This document shows, one piece after another, positions 49,521 through 63,196 of a stretch of 64,000 bases of DNA. The DNA lies in contig CM035351.1 of NCBI GenBank assembly GCA_020137815.1, positions 8,370,001-8,434,000 of the forward strand, in the 5' to 3' direction. How positions within the stretch are numbered: the stretch's first letter is position 1; each line of letters begins with the position of its first letter. Origin of the DNA: Hormiphora californensis. Its lineage: Eukaryota > Animalia > Ctenophora. Position numbers and translations under genes: made by a program. The notes under the pieces are model-generated. The model ran no database searches. It was not told the DNA's origin and saw nothing but the letters and a program-made list of their open reading frames with translations.

Positions 49521-50973
49521 TCACGCCTTCATAGCAGGTTTGTGTGTTTTCCCGTACAGGCTGTCCAGGGCGAGCCCAGCAAACACTATCATAGTACCAA
49601 TCCACTGCCGAGTGAGAAGGGCATTTCCAAACAGGATAACTGATCCAAGAATGGTGAAGAATTTCCGGGTGGTAGTAATGATAGAACAGACGAGAGGTCC
49701 GAATTCAGTGACTGTGATGTAGATAAAGTTCTGGCCGAGTGCACTGGCCAGGCTGAAAGTTATGATCTCAGGGACAATTTGGGGGTGTTTCGAGCAGAAG
49801 GACATTGCCTGCCAGATTTCACCCGTTACTATCAACCAAACTGACATTACAACCTGTAGAAAGAAGAAAGATTGTGGTTATAATACGGAAAAGTCAAGTA
49901 TTTGAAATCAGACCGATTGGATACTTCAGAAAAAGTCAGTTATGCAATTGGGTAATGTTGCTATAATAATATCCAATATCCATAGTAAGTAACTGACCAG
50001 TGCTGAGAGGTTGAGTGCCATCATCATGTAGTGAGGTTTGGTAGCGTAACCCCTCATCTTCTCCTGGTATACCCCCGTCAACCCATCTGTATAAAGAGAA
50101 AGAGATGATTGAGATACGTAGTACCAAAAGGAAAATATAATTCAGGGAGATACATGGTTTGGATTGTTATGTTCTAACCCTCCTTTACATTAATTGTGAG
50201 GGGTGTGGGAAAACTGAGTTGAGCAAGGAAAGATTTGGAATGTTACCGAGAGTAAGAGAAACAAGAAGTAGAAACTCCCCAACTCCAAAGACAGATTCAT
50301 TGGCAGATGATTTTCCATCCTTAAACATGAACAGTGCCACACCGCAGACAATCATAAGGACAGCCAGGTACTTCACTGAGTTGTATCGCTTCCCTGGAGA
50401 GAGAGAGAGTTTAAGAAGGTAAAGAAGGTGAGAAATAGGAATTGTGTAAAACATTACAAACAAATAGTCTTATACCAACATTCAGTTACTAAAATGTATA
50501 CTTTTAATCTCAAAACTAGTCTTTGTTTACCTGCAAAAAATACTCCCAGGATCATCACAGTAATGGGTTTGCAGCTCTTTCCCAGGACTTGAGTTGGGTA
50601 GTTGACCCACTTTAGGGATGCATTGGAGGCCAACATGGCCCCCACATAGGTACACCCACACAGAAATGAAAGTTTGTTGGGGGTTTTACTGGGAGTGCCA
50701 TCACTTGTTACAAGTAGCATTCCCTTAGCAAAGGCTGCGTTAATAACGCACTGGCAGAACACGAGGAAGACAGTGTAAAGATAACGCTCCTTGTCCAAAC
50801 CATAACTCCCTCTTGTTATCTTTTCTTGAATTACACCATAGTAAAAGTAACACGCAAATATACCTGAAACGGGTCAAAACATTATTTTTAGACTTAATTT
50901 CGGAGGTTAGCCAAAAGTGAGTATTCTTACCTCCAAAACAGAGAGCAAGTTTTGTTGTTTTCCCCAAGTTCAT
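49521..50973 (-). CDS. SLC35B1: Solute carrier 35B1 (ER nucleotide/ATP transporter), multi-exon
   Basis: LASNASLKWVNYPTQVLGKSCKPITVM; SALGQNFIYITVTEFGPLVCSIITTTRKFFT. Confidence 0.93.
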
Positions 50974-51600
50974 GACGCCTCGTTTAGCTATCTAGAAAGA
51001 GTGTCGTTAGTCAGGGGTGTTGAAAGTTGAAGGCAGAGTATTTACCTGAGTTAAACTAGGACTGGTAAACCTTAAATCTTTTGCATCGATTTCAATGGTC
51101 GTGTGTTGATAGGCACCCACGATTGCAAATTGTCCTCTATTGGTCAGTGGTCTGTCAATATTTCAGGTATTGCAAATGTAAAATAAGAGCAAGCTTGAGC
51201 AAATAGTCAGTCAGTAATGATAAATTGGTGACTTCTTCTAGCGGCTAGCCGTTAGTGTAAAAACTTGGCAAACGCGGCATAAGGTAGCGCTTTTCAAGTA
51301 AAAAACACCGAAAGAAATTAGAAAAGAAAAACTGATCGAGAAGAAAACTTCAAAAAGTTTGAAGAAGATGATATGAGTTGAACTGAGTAGTGCCGCGCGT
51401 CCGAAAATGCGTAGACAACATATCATTTTCGCGCGTAACATCACTCCGGCGAGAGAAAGTTAACCGATCACTCTACGGTCTACTTCCATGGACTAGAGTT
51501 ATGTGGGTATCTGACATTTTTCACAGCCATAGTGAATAATACCAACTAAATGGTACAGTGGTGCTCCGTCATATCTATCGCCTCCCACAAAGTTAAAGAG

Positions 51601-51938
51601 TAGTGTCTGACGGTGTATAAGGTCCAAATGAGGCACGGAGCTTTTCTGAATCAGCTTTTCAAGACGAATCCAACGCAACCGGAATTAGCTTTCTATCTTA
51701 TCGGGAAGGTTCGGTTCACACACGCTCATTTTTAGTCATTTTTGCTGCGCGAGCCAATCAGAGGCCAGAATTTCGAAATCCAGCCCTCTGATTGGCTCAC
51801 GCGGCTAAAAATGAAAAAAGTGAACCACACCTTCCCGATAAGATAGAAAGCTAATTCCGGTTGCGTTGGATTCGTCTTGAAAAGCTGATTCAGAAAAGCT
51901 CCGTGCCTCATCTGGACCTTATACACCGTCAGACACTA
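51601..51938. mobile_element. hAT-like palindromic MITE
   Basis: TAGTGTCTGACGG... with near-perfect inverted arms over 100 bp; 8-bp TSD TTAAAGAG at 51593-51600 and 51939-51946. Confidence 0.88.
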
Positions 51939-52037
51939 TTAAAGAGGCAAAGTCAAACTCAAATTTTGAGTCAAAATTAAACAGTTTAAATTTAAAAAGT
52001 AAAAGTAAAACAGAAAATTAAATCTCATGACTGTTTC

Positions 52038-53685
52038 TCACTGCAGTCCCATGACCTGCTCATAGCTCGGTGGTGGGGCATGATCACCATCTCCTCTGGG
52101 GTTCATTGATGTCATTTGGATTCCACCACTAGCCGAGGAGGGAGGTTGCCATGGAGACGAAGGAGACACAACTGGAGGTTGCCATGGAGACGAAGGAGAC
52201 ACAACTGGAGGTTGCCATGGAGACGAAGGAGACACACCTGGAGGTTGCCCATGCCATGGAGACGAAGGAGACTCCATTGGAGGGGCTGAGGGAAGAGGTT
52301 GAATGTTGCTATTGTGTGGTTGAATTGGGTTTACATACACCTCGCCAGCCGGCTCTCTCATCTCAGCACGAATCCTGGCAGTGTCCTGCACTGTCCTCCC
52401 TTCACTCACATGCGAGAGTTGGTCAGGGCTAATGCTAATATCAATGCTATCACGCCTGATAGTCCTCGCTTGTTGTGGTGGAGTCCTCGCTTAGTTGTGG
52501 TTGAGTCCCTCGCGGTATTATTTCGCTCCTTCCTTCTGCTAGATTTAATGACCCCGCATAGAAAGCACGTCGCCGCCAGTAACCCCGCTACTACACCAAA
52601 TGTTATCACGAATGTCTTCCTGATACAAACCAGGCTTAGAAAGTGTATCTCACCATCATTCCCACAACCTGGAGGCTGCACACAGGAGCTCACATTCATT
52701 GCACCGGGGTTGAGAGTCGTCATACCGTGAGGACAGGGCATACATGTGTAGGAGGTGTAATTGTAATTGTAGGAGGTGTAGTTATAGGATGCCGTTAGAT
52801 TCCTGTACTCTCCGATAGGACATGTTGTGCATGTGTTATTGCCCCTGTCCCAGAAATATCCAGATACATAGCACTCGCACCCATCGTAACCCCATCCAAT
52901 TCCACTGGACCATCTAATGGGGTCAGAATAAGTTGGGCAATAAGTACAATAAGGGTACTGCTGTCCATCAGAGAACTGATCCCAGTCACACTTATCACAA
53001 CCATAACCACTACTGACGAGTCCGTAACCAGGGTGACAGCCGCACGATAAAGTAGTGTAATACTGGGGTCCGTCACAATCTGTCTCGTTTATCTTAATGT
53101 AATAGCACCGCCTATATTCACATGTTAGGTTTGCTATCAGTGGGGCGATACTTCGAGCCCACAACCACTCCGAATCATAACCAAGATTCCCCGATGACTT
53201 GAATAAATGGAATTCATTGAGTTGGCAAATGTCAAGGGCTGTTTTGGAGTCTAAAGGAATGTCCACGCCGTTCACTCTCTGACATATATTTCGGTCGCGG
53301 TATGAAGAATAGGAGGTTCCAATCTGGGTCAAAAGAACACCACGGTTCGAGAAAGTACTGCGACTACTGCGTATGTTGAGGTATATGGATTCCTCGGCAC
53401 CAACTCCTTTCTTCAGTTTGAACTCATCTGAAACATTAGATGCATTAGTGAATAAATTATTCATTATCATTAGTAAAGCCATGATTAAGTTCTAACCCTC
53501 CCTTTACATTTGGGGGCGGGGTGCCCAAAACACAGTCTAGCTGGGCAAGATTACGTGTGGTAAAATGGGCCCGGTATCACAGTCAACTATCAACTAGTAG
53601 CTATACTTGACTTGGTGAGATGAGTAGCTAGATCCCAGCTGCTAAGGCCCGGGAGGAGGAGAAGAACAAGAGGAAGGAGCAACAT
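52038..53685 (-). CDS. Cys-rich (ephrin-receptor-like/TNFR-like repeats) single-pass membrane protein with PSAP and PPxY tail
   Basis: Signal exon MLLLPLVLLLLPGLSS (ATG 53685); CPIGEY, CPHGMTT...C; TM FVITFGVVAGLLAATCFLCGVI; tail LPSAPP, (SPSSPWQPP)n, PPPSYEQV. Two +1 insertions in a 21-bp repeat near 52490-52510 explain the split into two ORFs. Confidence 0.75.
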
Positions 53686-54281
53686 GATATATCGATAAAA
53701 CATAAATGTAACCCGAGACAGAGAGAGAGGAAGTACGCTCCATACAATAGCTGCGTTACAGTAGGACCTACCTACCGTGACGTCAAACCCAAAGTTAATT
53801 TTCTAGAATTTTCTAGAATATGAAAAGCCGAAATTATACCAGATGACATCAACTTCTGACTTTGAATCGGCATAATTTTCAAGAATGTAGAACACGAGGC
53901 AACACATCTCACTCAACCCCCAGTCCCCAATCCTGTACCCAATACAAAGGTAATAGGTACTAGGCAGTAGGCAGGACTATGAACTCACTGTCACTGTCAC
54001 CCTGTACTCACCCTCACTGTCAGAGCATTGGCCCGACAGCCCTCCACCCCCACCCCACTTCACAGTGATGATGTCCGGTAATTGAGTCTCAATGAGTCTG
54101 TGTCTTCCTGTATTATCAGTAAGGTCCAACATGTGGGCCCATACATGCAGCACATACGATCACTAACTTGCTTGGCATATGAGATGTAGTACACGGCGTG
54201 GAATGTATTCACTGACTTTTACAGCCGACCTTTTTTGAAGGTGACACTAGTTGCCCTTTTCTACAAATCTTCTGGGCATGT

Positions 54282-57186
54282 CACGGCGTGCCTGGTGAAA
54301 TTTTAACACGACCTAGCATGCGACGGGAAACCACCACTTGTACGTGGTAGCTGAGGGTCTACAGAATGGCGCTACGGTGCGGGAAAAAACATTCCATTCC
54401 CTAAAATCTTTTTTTTTACTTTTATTTGATTTGGGTCAAAATTGGCTATATTAAACGTGGTCCCGAAAAATCCATAATGACTTAGCACACGAAATATGTC
54501 ACCCCTACCTATTTTTGCACGTAGAATCGATTGCCGTTGAAGTCGAATCTCTAAAATGACTGTAAATTGTAAAATGGTCAAAAGTTGATTTTTTACCATT
54601 TTTTCCCTGCCCGGGTGATTGCCGAAGGCAATCACCTGGGATGATCTTTTTAGCACGCACGTGCTAAAAAGATCATTCAGGGTTTAGAAATCAGCAGATT
54701 GTGTAGTTAACTAAAAGTGTCCGTCCGTCCGTCCGTCACGGACAACGCCTAACAACAAGTCTGCTCCTTCATAAAACTTTCATCTCACGCTTCGTCGATT
54801 CAACAAAGGAAATGATTAACATACATTGTGGCGCGCAATTACTCGCTAATAGCACTTCCCACTATCACCTGAAATCACTTTGGGCGCCCTACAGCCATGC
54901 TATGAAGTAATAGAACGTCTTCCAAGCATGAAACTACTGTCACACTAGTGACTCGAGTTGAGATGCGGTTAAAGTTGAAGCACTTGGTAACCAACTGGGG
55001 TCTCCTAAGCAACTGACTTGGTTGCCATAGCAACTGTCCTGGTTACCATAGGAACTGCTTTGGTTACCATAGCAACTGCCTTTGGTTACCATAGCAACTT
55101 ACCTAGTTACCCTAGTAACCAACATCGCATCAGCCAAAAAATGCTCTGAGCACAAAATTCATCAGGAAATCCAGTTTTGAAGCTTATTCATCAATTTTAA
55201 ATCCATTTGGCAGGGAAACACCGCATTATGAATACATAATGCAATAATTCAAAATGACAACTTTTCTTGCTTATTTTCACCGTTTTGCCTACTTAAATTT
55301 TCTATAAATCAACGATCTGTTATTGGATTGGTATGAAATCTTGGATTTTAGTCGAAAATTGTCCCATAAACAACTTAAGCATGGTCCCGATTGACCATTT
55401 CAATCAGAAGTTTGTCGAAAATGCCAAAATCCAAAAAACAAGAAAATCAAGTTACGGTTCTCCTAGTTGGCAGATTTCAACAATTTGCCCAAATCTAACC
55501 ATAAATCGGATATACACGAAAACTTGGTTCTTGGTAGAACAAGATTAATTGCATTATGTTCTAACATAATGCTGAATTTCCCTGCCATGCTGTCAGAGCA
55601 TTGGCCTGACCCATTCTCGTTCGCGCGAGAACTGTGGTCAGAGCATTGGCCTGACAGCTGCCATGTGAATCTATGAAGAAAGGAAATCATGACCAGATCC
55701 GCTGTAGCAGCAAGCGGGACACAAAATCCCGATCATTTATATATCACACAAACAGTATAGAGCAAATCCTTGTGTTTTAGTAGCACTAAATTGCGCACCA
55801 CGCCGCCACATTGCGCGCCACACATTTCCTGAAAATGTGCCAATGAAGTGGTTTATGAAGGAGCAGCTCGTAACTGTGTGCGCGGCTCTTGTTGCTACAC
55901 CGTTGCCCCTCGCAACTAAAGTGTGACCAAAATGGTCCCTCTACCGATTAGTTAGTATACCAAAATGTCGTTTTCGAATTCTAACCCTGCTATGCCTTTT
56001 TACAAAGTAAAAAGGCATCCGGGTGAATGCCGAAGGCATTCACCCGGGCAGGGAAAAAATAACCATTTTAACGATTGGCACTAGTTTCAAATTCCTATCT
56101 CAACGTTTTCAATGGTTTAGGGGCCAAAAAAGGTCAAAAGTTGATTTTTTACCATTTTTTGGAGGTTTTTGGCCCCTAAACCATTGAAAACGTTGAGATA
56201 GGAATTTGAAACTAGTGCCAATCGTTAAAATGGTCATTTTTCTACCAAGAACCAAGTTTTCGTGTATATCCGATTTATGGTTAGATTTGGGCAAATTGTT
56301 GAAATCTGCCAACTAGGAGAACCGTAACTTGATTTTCTTGTTTTTTGGATTTTGGCATTTTCGACAAACTTCTGATTGAAATGGTCAATCGGGACCATGC
56401 TTAAGTTGTTTATGGGACAATTTTCGACTAAAATCCAAGATTTCATACCAATCCAATAACAGATCGTTGATTTATAGAAAATTTAAGTAGGCAAAACGGT
56501 GAAAATAAGCAAGAAAAGTTGTCATTTTGACCGTTTTGCCTACTTAAATTTTCTATAAATCAACGATCTGTTATTGGATTGGTATGAAATCTTGGATTTT
56601 AGTCGAAAATTGTCCCATAAACAACTTAAGCATGGTCCCGATTGACCATTTCAATCAGAAGTTTGTCGAAAATGCCAAAATCCAAAAAACAAGAAAATCA
56701 AGTTACGGTTCTCCTAGTTGGCAGATTTCAACAATTTGCCCAAATCTAACCATAAATCGGATATACACGAAAACTTGGTTCTTGGTAGAAAAATGACCAT
56801 TTTAACGATTGGCACTAGTTTCAAATTCCTATCTCAACGTTTTCAATGGTTTAGGGGCCAAAAACCTCCAAAAAATGGTAAAAAATCAACTTTTGACCAT
56901 TTTACAGTCATTTTAGAGATTCGACTTCAACGGCAATCGATTCTACGTGCAAAAATAGGTAGGGGTGACATATTTCGTGTGCTAAGTCATTATGGATTTT
57001 TCGGGACCACGTTTAATATAGCCAATTTTGACCCAAATCAAATAAAAGTAAAAAAAAAAGATTTTAGGGAATGGAATGTTTTTTCCCGCACCGTAGCGCC
57101 ATTCTGTAGACCCTCAGCTACCACGTACAAGTGGTGGTTTCCCGTCGCATGCTAGGTCGTGTTAAAATTTCACCAGGCACTCCGTG
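54282..57186. mobile_element. Foldback DNA element with CAC...GTG termini and 4-bp TSD (Chapaev/CMC-like), with nested insertions
   Basis: About 300-bp near-identical inverted arms; ATGT at 54278-54281 and 57187-57190; further internal inverted copies between ~56130 and 56900. Confidence 0.8.
54600..56060. mobile_element. Helentron-associated (HINE-like) insertion(s) with double-hairpin ends facing each other
   Basis: Poly-T then CCCTGC-hairpin-hairpin-CAGGG at both ends in inverted orientation; (GTCC)n at ~54718; the right end matches 6550-6750. Confidence 0.6.
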
Positions 57187-58556
57187 ATGTGTTGTGTTGT
57201 GTGAGTCACACATTGTGTGACCCTATGTTTAGTACTTCACAGAGGTAACGGGTTGCTAAGGTGGGGTAACCGGATTACTAGGGGTCAGGGGAATCTAACC
57301 AAGTTACTAGGGCCTAGGGTAACCAACAATTACCAACATTTTTTAGTTTCTACCTCAAATTCCGGTGGAAGGCATTACTATATGGATAAGCAGATTAGCA
57401 GATTAGTTTTGACCTAAACCCCGTGGAGGAGAGGGAAACATCCTTCAGAAACCACAAAGATATATCTGATTGTGAACTACAAAAGAAGCGCGTCGAGTCG
57501 ACACGCTTCTTTTGTAGTTCGACACTGTCGACCGCCCAATCTTGTGGCCATGCCGGAGTGTATTCTTACACACACGGGGAGAGGGAGAGCAATATTATAT
57601 GGTGTACTGTCCACTGCTTTAGACCATCTTTAGCGCACATGCATGAGTACATTTTCACACACTACCAAGTGTTCCAGGTAGCTTTCTCTCTCTTTCCCTC
57701 CCCACTGTGTTGAAGATTGCATGCGGTTTATTCTAGGAATTTTCCCTTTCTACATGGCTGCTTTGTACGTGCTATAGGGACGTGTCCCCTTCGGGCCTTG
57801 AAATAACAAACCGTCTTCTTACATCTTTATCCTTGTGAAACGTGTTGTTATTCAACAACTTGAAACACCGAGGAATCCACTCTGATCTCTCTCTCTCTAT
57901 CTCTGAGATGATCTTAGCTGTAGCTGTAGCCTCCTGAGACTCTCAGTGAGAGATGATTCTCCATCCTAATTCCTATATTGTATGTGATTCTTTAATTCTG
58001 AGTTCCCGTTGCCAATAGAGACGTGGACCTACCGAGAGATCAGCTAGGATCTAAAATGTGTTCCTGATGCTGCACCTACTAGAATTCATCCTGTCTCTTT
58101 TCTATTCTAAATATCAGTCTCTATATTGTTTGGGGTGAGAGAGGAATGAGGGGAGAGAGAAAGAGAGGGAGAGAGAAAGATAGTGAATAAAATGCAATCT
58201 TCATGTTCTCATGACCAGTGATTACATTATTAAAGTCCGTGTGTGCGATGAGCGATGCTTGCTTGGCAGTCACATATTAATTTTAGCGAAACACTCATAT
58301 CAATCTCTCTCTCTCTCCCTCTCCCTCTAGCGGGTTGGCCGATCGATGGAACGGGCAAGGAAGGGAGATAGAGAGAGAAAGAGATCAGAGAGGCCTCTCT
58401 CTCTTTCTCTCTCTCTATCTCCCTTCCTTGCCCGTTCCATCGATCGGCCAACCTCATCTTCTAAGTAAAGAGAAGCCATTATCCCATAAGGGGGTAATCG
58501 ATACCAATGACTATCCTTGACTTCCTTTCTGTCACACATCCCTATATCGTTTTCTG

Positions 58557-58600
58557 TTGTTGACTAAAGGGAAGAGGGATCTTCACCTCTTACTCAACAA
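58557..58600. mobile_element. 44-bp micro-transposon, same family as 24533-24583
   Basis: TTGTTGACTAAAGGG...CTCTTACTCAACAA flanked by GTTTTCTG on both sides. Confidence 0.75.
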
Positions 58601-59037
58601 GTTTTCTGTATTTTGTTAGGGCCGAGAGCTGTTTTCATCTCTGACTCTTCACCCCATCTTCCTTCCTGTTGCTCATGCTCATACTGTATTACTGTGCATT
58701 CCAATCTTCCTGGCTCTCTGATCTCTCTCGTATAAAGATACTCAATGACCTCCATGACAGCTGGATAAATGCCAGATAACATTGTTGGGGTCTTTTCTGT
58801 CTTCTGATTGTAATACATTGTTGTTATGTTCTAACCCTCCCTTTACATTTGCGGGACTTGCGAAAGGCAGTCTAGCTTGGTACATTGTACAGTGTGACAA
58901 ATGACGTGTTTAGGGGGGTTGGGAATCAAGAAAAATGAGATGTGTGTGATGTAGTACAACACATTGAATGTGGTGCACAGTTATCATGCGATGCACACAT
59001 AGAAATGTGCTGACAGGACACGAGGAGAGAGAGAGGG

Positions 59038-59105
<68 letters not shown>

Positions 59106-59699
59106 TAAGGAGAAAGCTTGTATAAGATTTCACCTCCTTGTTTTTTCTAGTGACTGTTATACTGTATACAACTCTCCACTTCGAAGACTTGACTTCTCTT
59201 CTTTACTGTTTGATACTGTGTGCCCTTGTTGAGTAAGTGTGCCCATGTTTACAAAATATAAATTAGTACTTAGTTAGGTATGAGGTAGTTTGTTGACAAA
59301 AAGCTGCCTATACTACAAAACTACAAAGGTCTTTTGTCGAGTGTCGACCATTGTGTGACAAAAGGACACTACTAGGTCCCAGGGACAGTGGCCGGAAGCA
59401 ACAATGCCTACTCAATGTTGCAATATAAAGTGTGACAATCTGTATAGTATTCTGAATAATGAGTTCAGAGCAAGAATTTGCTCTGAACTCATTATTCAGA
59501 ATACTAATTAATCTCTCCTTAACCGAGTTCTGCCCGTGTATGTGTGAGATTCCCCATTAAACTGTTGTACAGAGGGCGTGTGTGTGTGTTGATCACCAGA
59601 AGGAGATATCAAAATTACTTCCCTTTAATCTGTATAGTTTTTTAGCTTTCTTTCACTGTAAGCCACGTTAGCTCTGTTTTGTAGTAGAGGAATTGTACG

Positions 59700-60571
59700 A
59701 TGACTGAGAAGCATGAGGAGGTAGTGCGGAATCTGAACGATCAACTTTCACTCCTCACAGAAGAAATCGTGAGTGTAACCCGGAGAATCGTATTTTACCT
59801 CTCTATCTCTTTTTTTTTGTTGCTTGGAACCAAACATGAACTATCGCTATTTACAGCAATAGTTCATGTTTCGTTTCACTTATATCCCACGGAAAAGCTC
59901 ATCAGCGTTCCCCGAGTTATTTACCCATCCCCAGATCACTAGATCACCTAATTTAAATATCCCGTATTGGCAGGCCTACCTGAAGGGAGACGACATTGAG
60001 CTGATAAAGAGGCTAATCCAGCTGCACATCATGATATCTCGTCAGAAGAGAGAGGACGCTAAGTATGCTGCACTAGAGGAGTTAATGGAGGACCAGGGAG
60101 AGGATGATGGAGAGGGGAGACCGTCACAACATCATGAACCAACTGTAGATGATGTGGAGAGAGAGGTATGGGGGGTTATCATGTGACATATCACGTGCTA
60201 GCATATTTAGTCATTTGCCTACTAGGATATCCCTGCTTACCTAGTTGGGATCGATGCATTGAACACACGCTCTGACTTGACATTAGTGACATTGACTGTG
60301 ACACAAGCACACTTATATACAAACACACACGACCTAGTTATCGGAGTATCTCCATGGTCGGATGAGGGGTGCCTGTAGGGAGGAGAGACAGGACATACTG
60401 GAGGTACTACACGACATCAAGATAGCTAGAGCGGCCAACAGACGGGCAGCTGCCACATCCAGACAGACTAGTGACAGTGCCGTGACAGCAGGGACAGACC
60501 AGGCTAGGATGCCGAGCATTAGCACAATTGTACGGTCTCACAGCTTCAGCACTAGCAGACTTGGTATATGA
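59700..60571 (+). CDS. Small 3-exon coiled-coil adaptor, LURAP1/FAM89/FAM167-like
   Basis: Spliced LSLLTEEI|AYLKGDDIELIKRLIQLHIMI resembles the L..E+..L+..D..L..+L..L motif of that family; GT-AG sites keep the frame. Confidence 0.5.
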
Positions 60572-62210
60572 GACATGATATTAGAACACTGATTTATATG
60601 CATTAACCTTTCACTAAACTTTGAGAGAAATTGAAGGCCTGTAAGTTCAAGAAATATTCTTAAACTGCCTCCATTAGAATCGAATGGTAATAAAATGTTA
60701 ATCTGTATTAATCCGTGTTTATAATTAACACATTAACCAACCCACCAACCAACCAATGTTACAGGCACAGCGGATGACTTCATCCTTGGTCGAGATAATA
60801 ACTAGATCAGGCCCGAGACCCATGAAGAGACCCACCCGGAAAGCAAAACAAACTGTTTTATGAGAGATGTACAGATACGTGAACAGTGATTTTAATATAT
60901 GAACCATTTTAACAGTGTGTGTGTTTTGTGGATTATTTTGTACATGTCATGTGTGTTAATTCATATACCCCAAAAAACCTTCAGTTTTTTGTTGTTGTAA
61001 ACAGTGAGATATCATCAAGTAACTGAGCCGTTGGACATGATCCGTAGCTGGCGGGTGCAAGTGAGATGACGGGGTGACGTACTATGTGGGATGGTCATGA
61101 TCGACCTGCAGTAGACAGGACGGCTCTAAATCAGGGGCAAGATCTTCAAGGTAACCCTCAGCCACACAGCCATCGCATCAGCTAACTTAACCACGGATCT
61201 GAGATCTCTCTGTTCATTGCAGCTGAATAGTTGTGGTAGATCGATAAAGGCAGGTCAGTAGCTAAGCAATTGGTAACTGTATTTTCAATATGTGCAACAT
61301 GAATAGAATGGTGAATAGAAGGATACGTATCTAAGAACTATATGTTTAATGACCACATATTTTCTGTTACCGCATATCATGAGTGTTTGTGACCTATTGA
61401 AGCCAGTTGGTGATTTAGCTTAGCAACCCCCAAAACAGTCATTTTGTCAGATCCACATTCCAGAATCATATCCCGGAATCATATCACTTCTGCTGTGAAA
61501 CAAGAGACTTAACTAGAGACTTTTTTAATAATAATGCGATTTTTAATAATGCGAAACGCTGACGCGCACTTAATTCCATTTCTGTGTGCTAAATTCTGTT
61601 CCTGACAATCTTAAGACTTGATCCTGGAAGTATCGGAAAGATAATTTTAAGACCTTTTTAATGCAACCAAGATCAAGTCTTAATCTTATCAGGAGCCAGA
61701 GATATGATAGAAACAACCGAAAAAAAAACTTTCCCACGATGCGTGTGAAAGTTTTTTGCGTGCCCCCGGTTCGCATTATTAAAAGTTGTGAAAGTATTGG
61801 CATTCAGAGTTACCCTGTTCTGCAGAATTCTGCTCTCACCTTCCCACCTTCCAAACTGCTTACTCGACAACTTGCTACCCGATTAACTCTCTTCTTCGCT
61901 ATATTGAAATAGTTTAATTGGACAATTGTCTTAGTTCTTAAAACGGGACTCGATATTTAAAGCTTAGAAAGGCCTCTTTTTTCTTTCTAAAATTACCGTT
62001 AATAAAGAGAGAAAGTTACGTTATCAACCTCCCCGTAGAGAGAGAGCGAGAGAGCGAGCTCTTTTTGTCTAACAATTAACTCTTTAAGTATATTAACAGC
62101 TCCAGACCATGACCTTATTGACCAGTTAAATTTTAGAGCTGTCAGGTCTATTGATTTCTAGAGGTTCTCTACTTTGTTGAGTAAAAACAGCCTGTTTTGT
62201 ACACGTGTAG

Positions 62211-62571
62211 ATCACTACATCTCGTCAGCTGAACATGCCTGAGGGAGGACCAACCCCTGGGACCACCCGTTTTGACAATCGCCTTCAGATGGTATGTTTT
62301 ATAACCTGAACTAAACCGATCCATGTTCCCACGACCGAATAGCTAGTACCGCCAGTTTCAATAAACGGTACCGAGTGTTAACTCATACTGGTTATGGTTC
62401 TTCTATCTAAATTGATCACTATTGACCCCTTGTTCAGATAGAGCACAAGCTGAACATTTACGTGAGAAGTGTGGCTAAATTCCGGGAGATGGTCCAGGAG
62501 AACCTGATGAGAATGGGAGGAGAGTCTCAGTATGGTTCCAATGATAACATCGCAGGAGCAGGAGCCAAGTA
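62211..62571 (+). CDS. Probable last two exons of an unidentified gene
   Basis: AG|ITTSRQLNMPEGGPTPGTTRFDNRLQM|GT...AG|IEHKLNIYVRSVAKFREMVQENLMRMGG...GAK*; no family recognised. Confidence 0.35.
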
Positions 62572-62720
62572 ACTTGGATAGTGTCTCAGGCAGGAGCCAA
62601 GTAACTTGGATAGTGTCTCAGGCAGGAGCCAAATAACTTAAGGATATAGTGTCCCAGGGAGGAGCCAAGTAACTTGGATAGTGTCCCAGGAGCAGGAGCC
62701 AAGTAACTTGGATATAGTCT
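62555..62720. repeat. ~30-36-bp tandem repeat containing the palindrome CCAAGTAACTTGG
   Basis: Five units of GGAGCCAAGTAACTTGGATAGTGTC. Confidence 0.85.
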
Positions 62721-63196
62721 CCCAAGCTGGAAAACCTATAGTGAGCCGGCACATTGATATGGACACGAGAGTTACTAGTTGAGGAATGGAATATTTGAGT
62801 GCGAGCTGGTTTTAGCATTTTTGAAAAACTTAATTTTGACAGAGAAACACTTGTAGCCAATATTTTTCTTCTGCTTTAAAAAAATTCAGCATAATATTAA
62901 TCTCGTTGTTTCCCTATATGATTAGGAAGGGTGTGTCAGAGACAGCGTCAACATTTGTATTGTTCATACGCACGAGAGTCAGAATAAGTCAAGTCAGCAC
63001 AGACCTTTTTTCCTCTCTATTTCTCGATCTGACACATCTGTCTCCTGTCCTAATTTTGCGTTCTTTTGTTTTCAGCCTTCATAAACAGATCATCTTAGAA
63101 TCCAAATGCTGCTAACTCAATAGAAATCCGAACATCTGTCATGTGAGACGTGGTTTATAAATGAGCCTCTAGCTGCCATGACAACCAATTGTTACC

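Noticed and set aside
55333-57155. Repeated identical ORFs MKSWILVENC... and MADFNNLPKS...
   Set aside because: They arise from duplicated arms of a non-coding foldback element; no transposase motifs.
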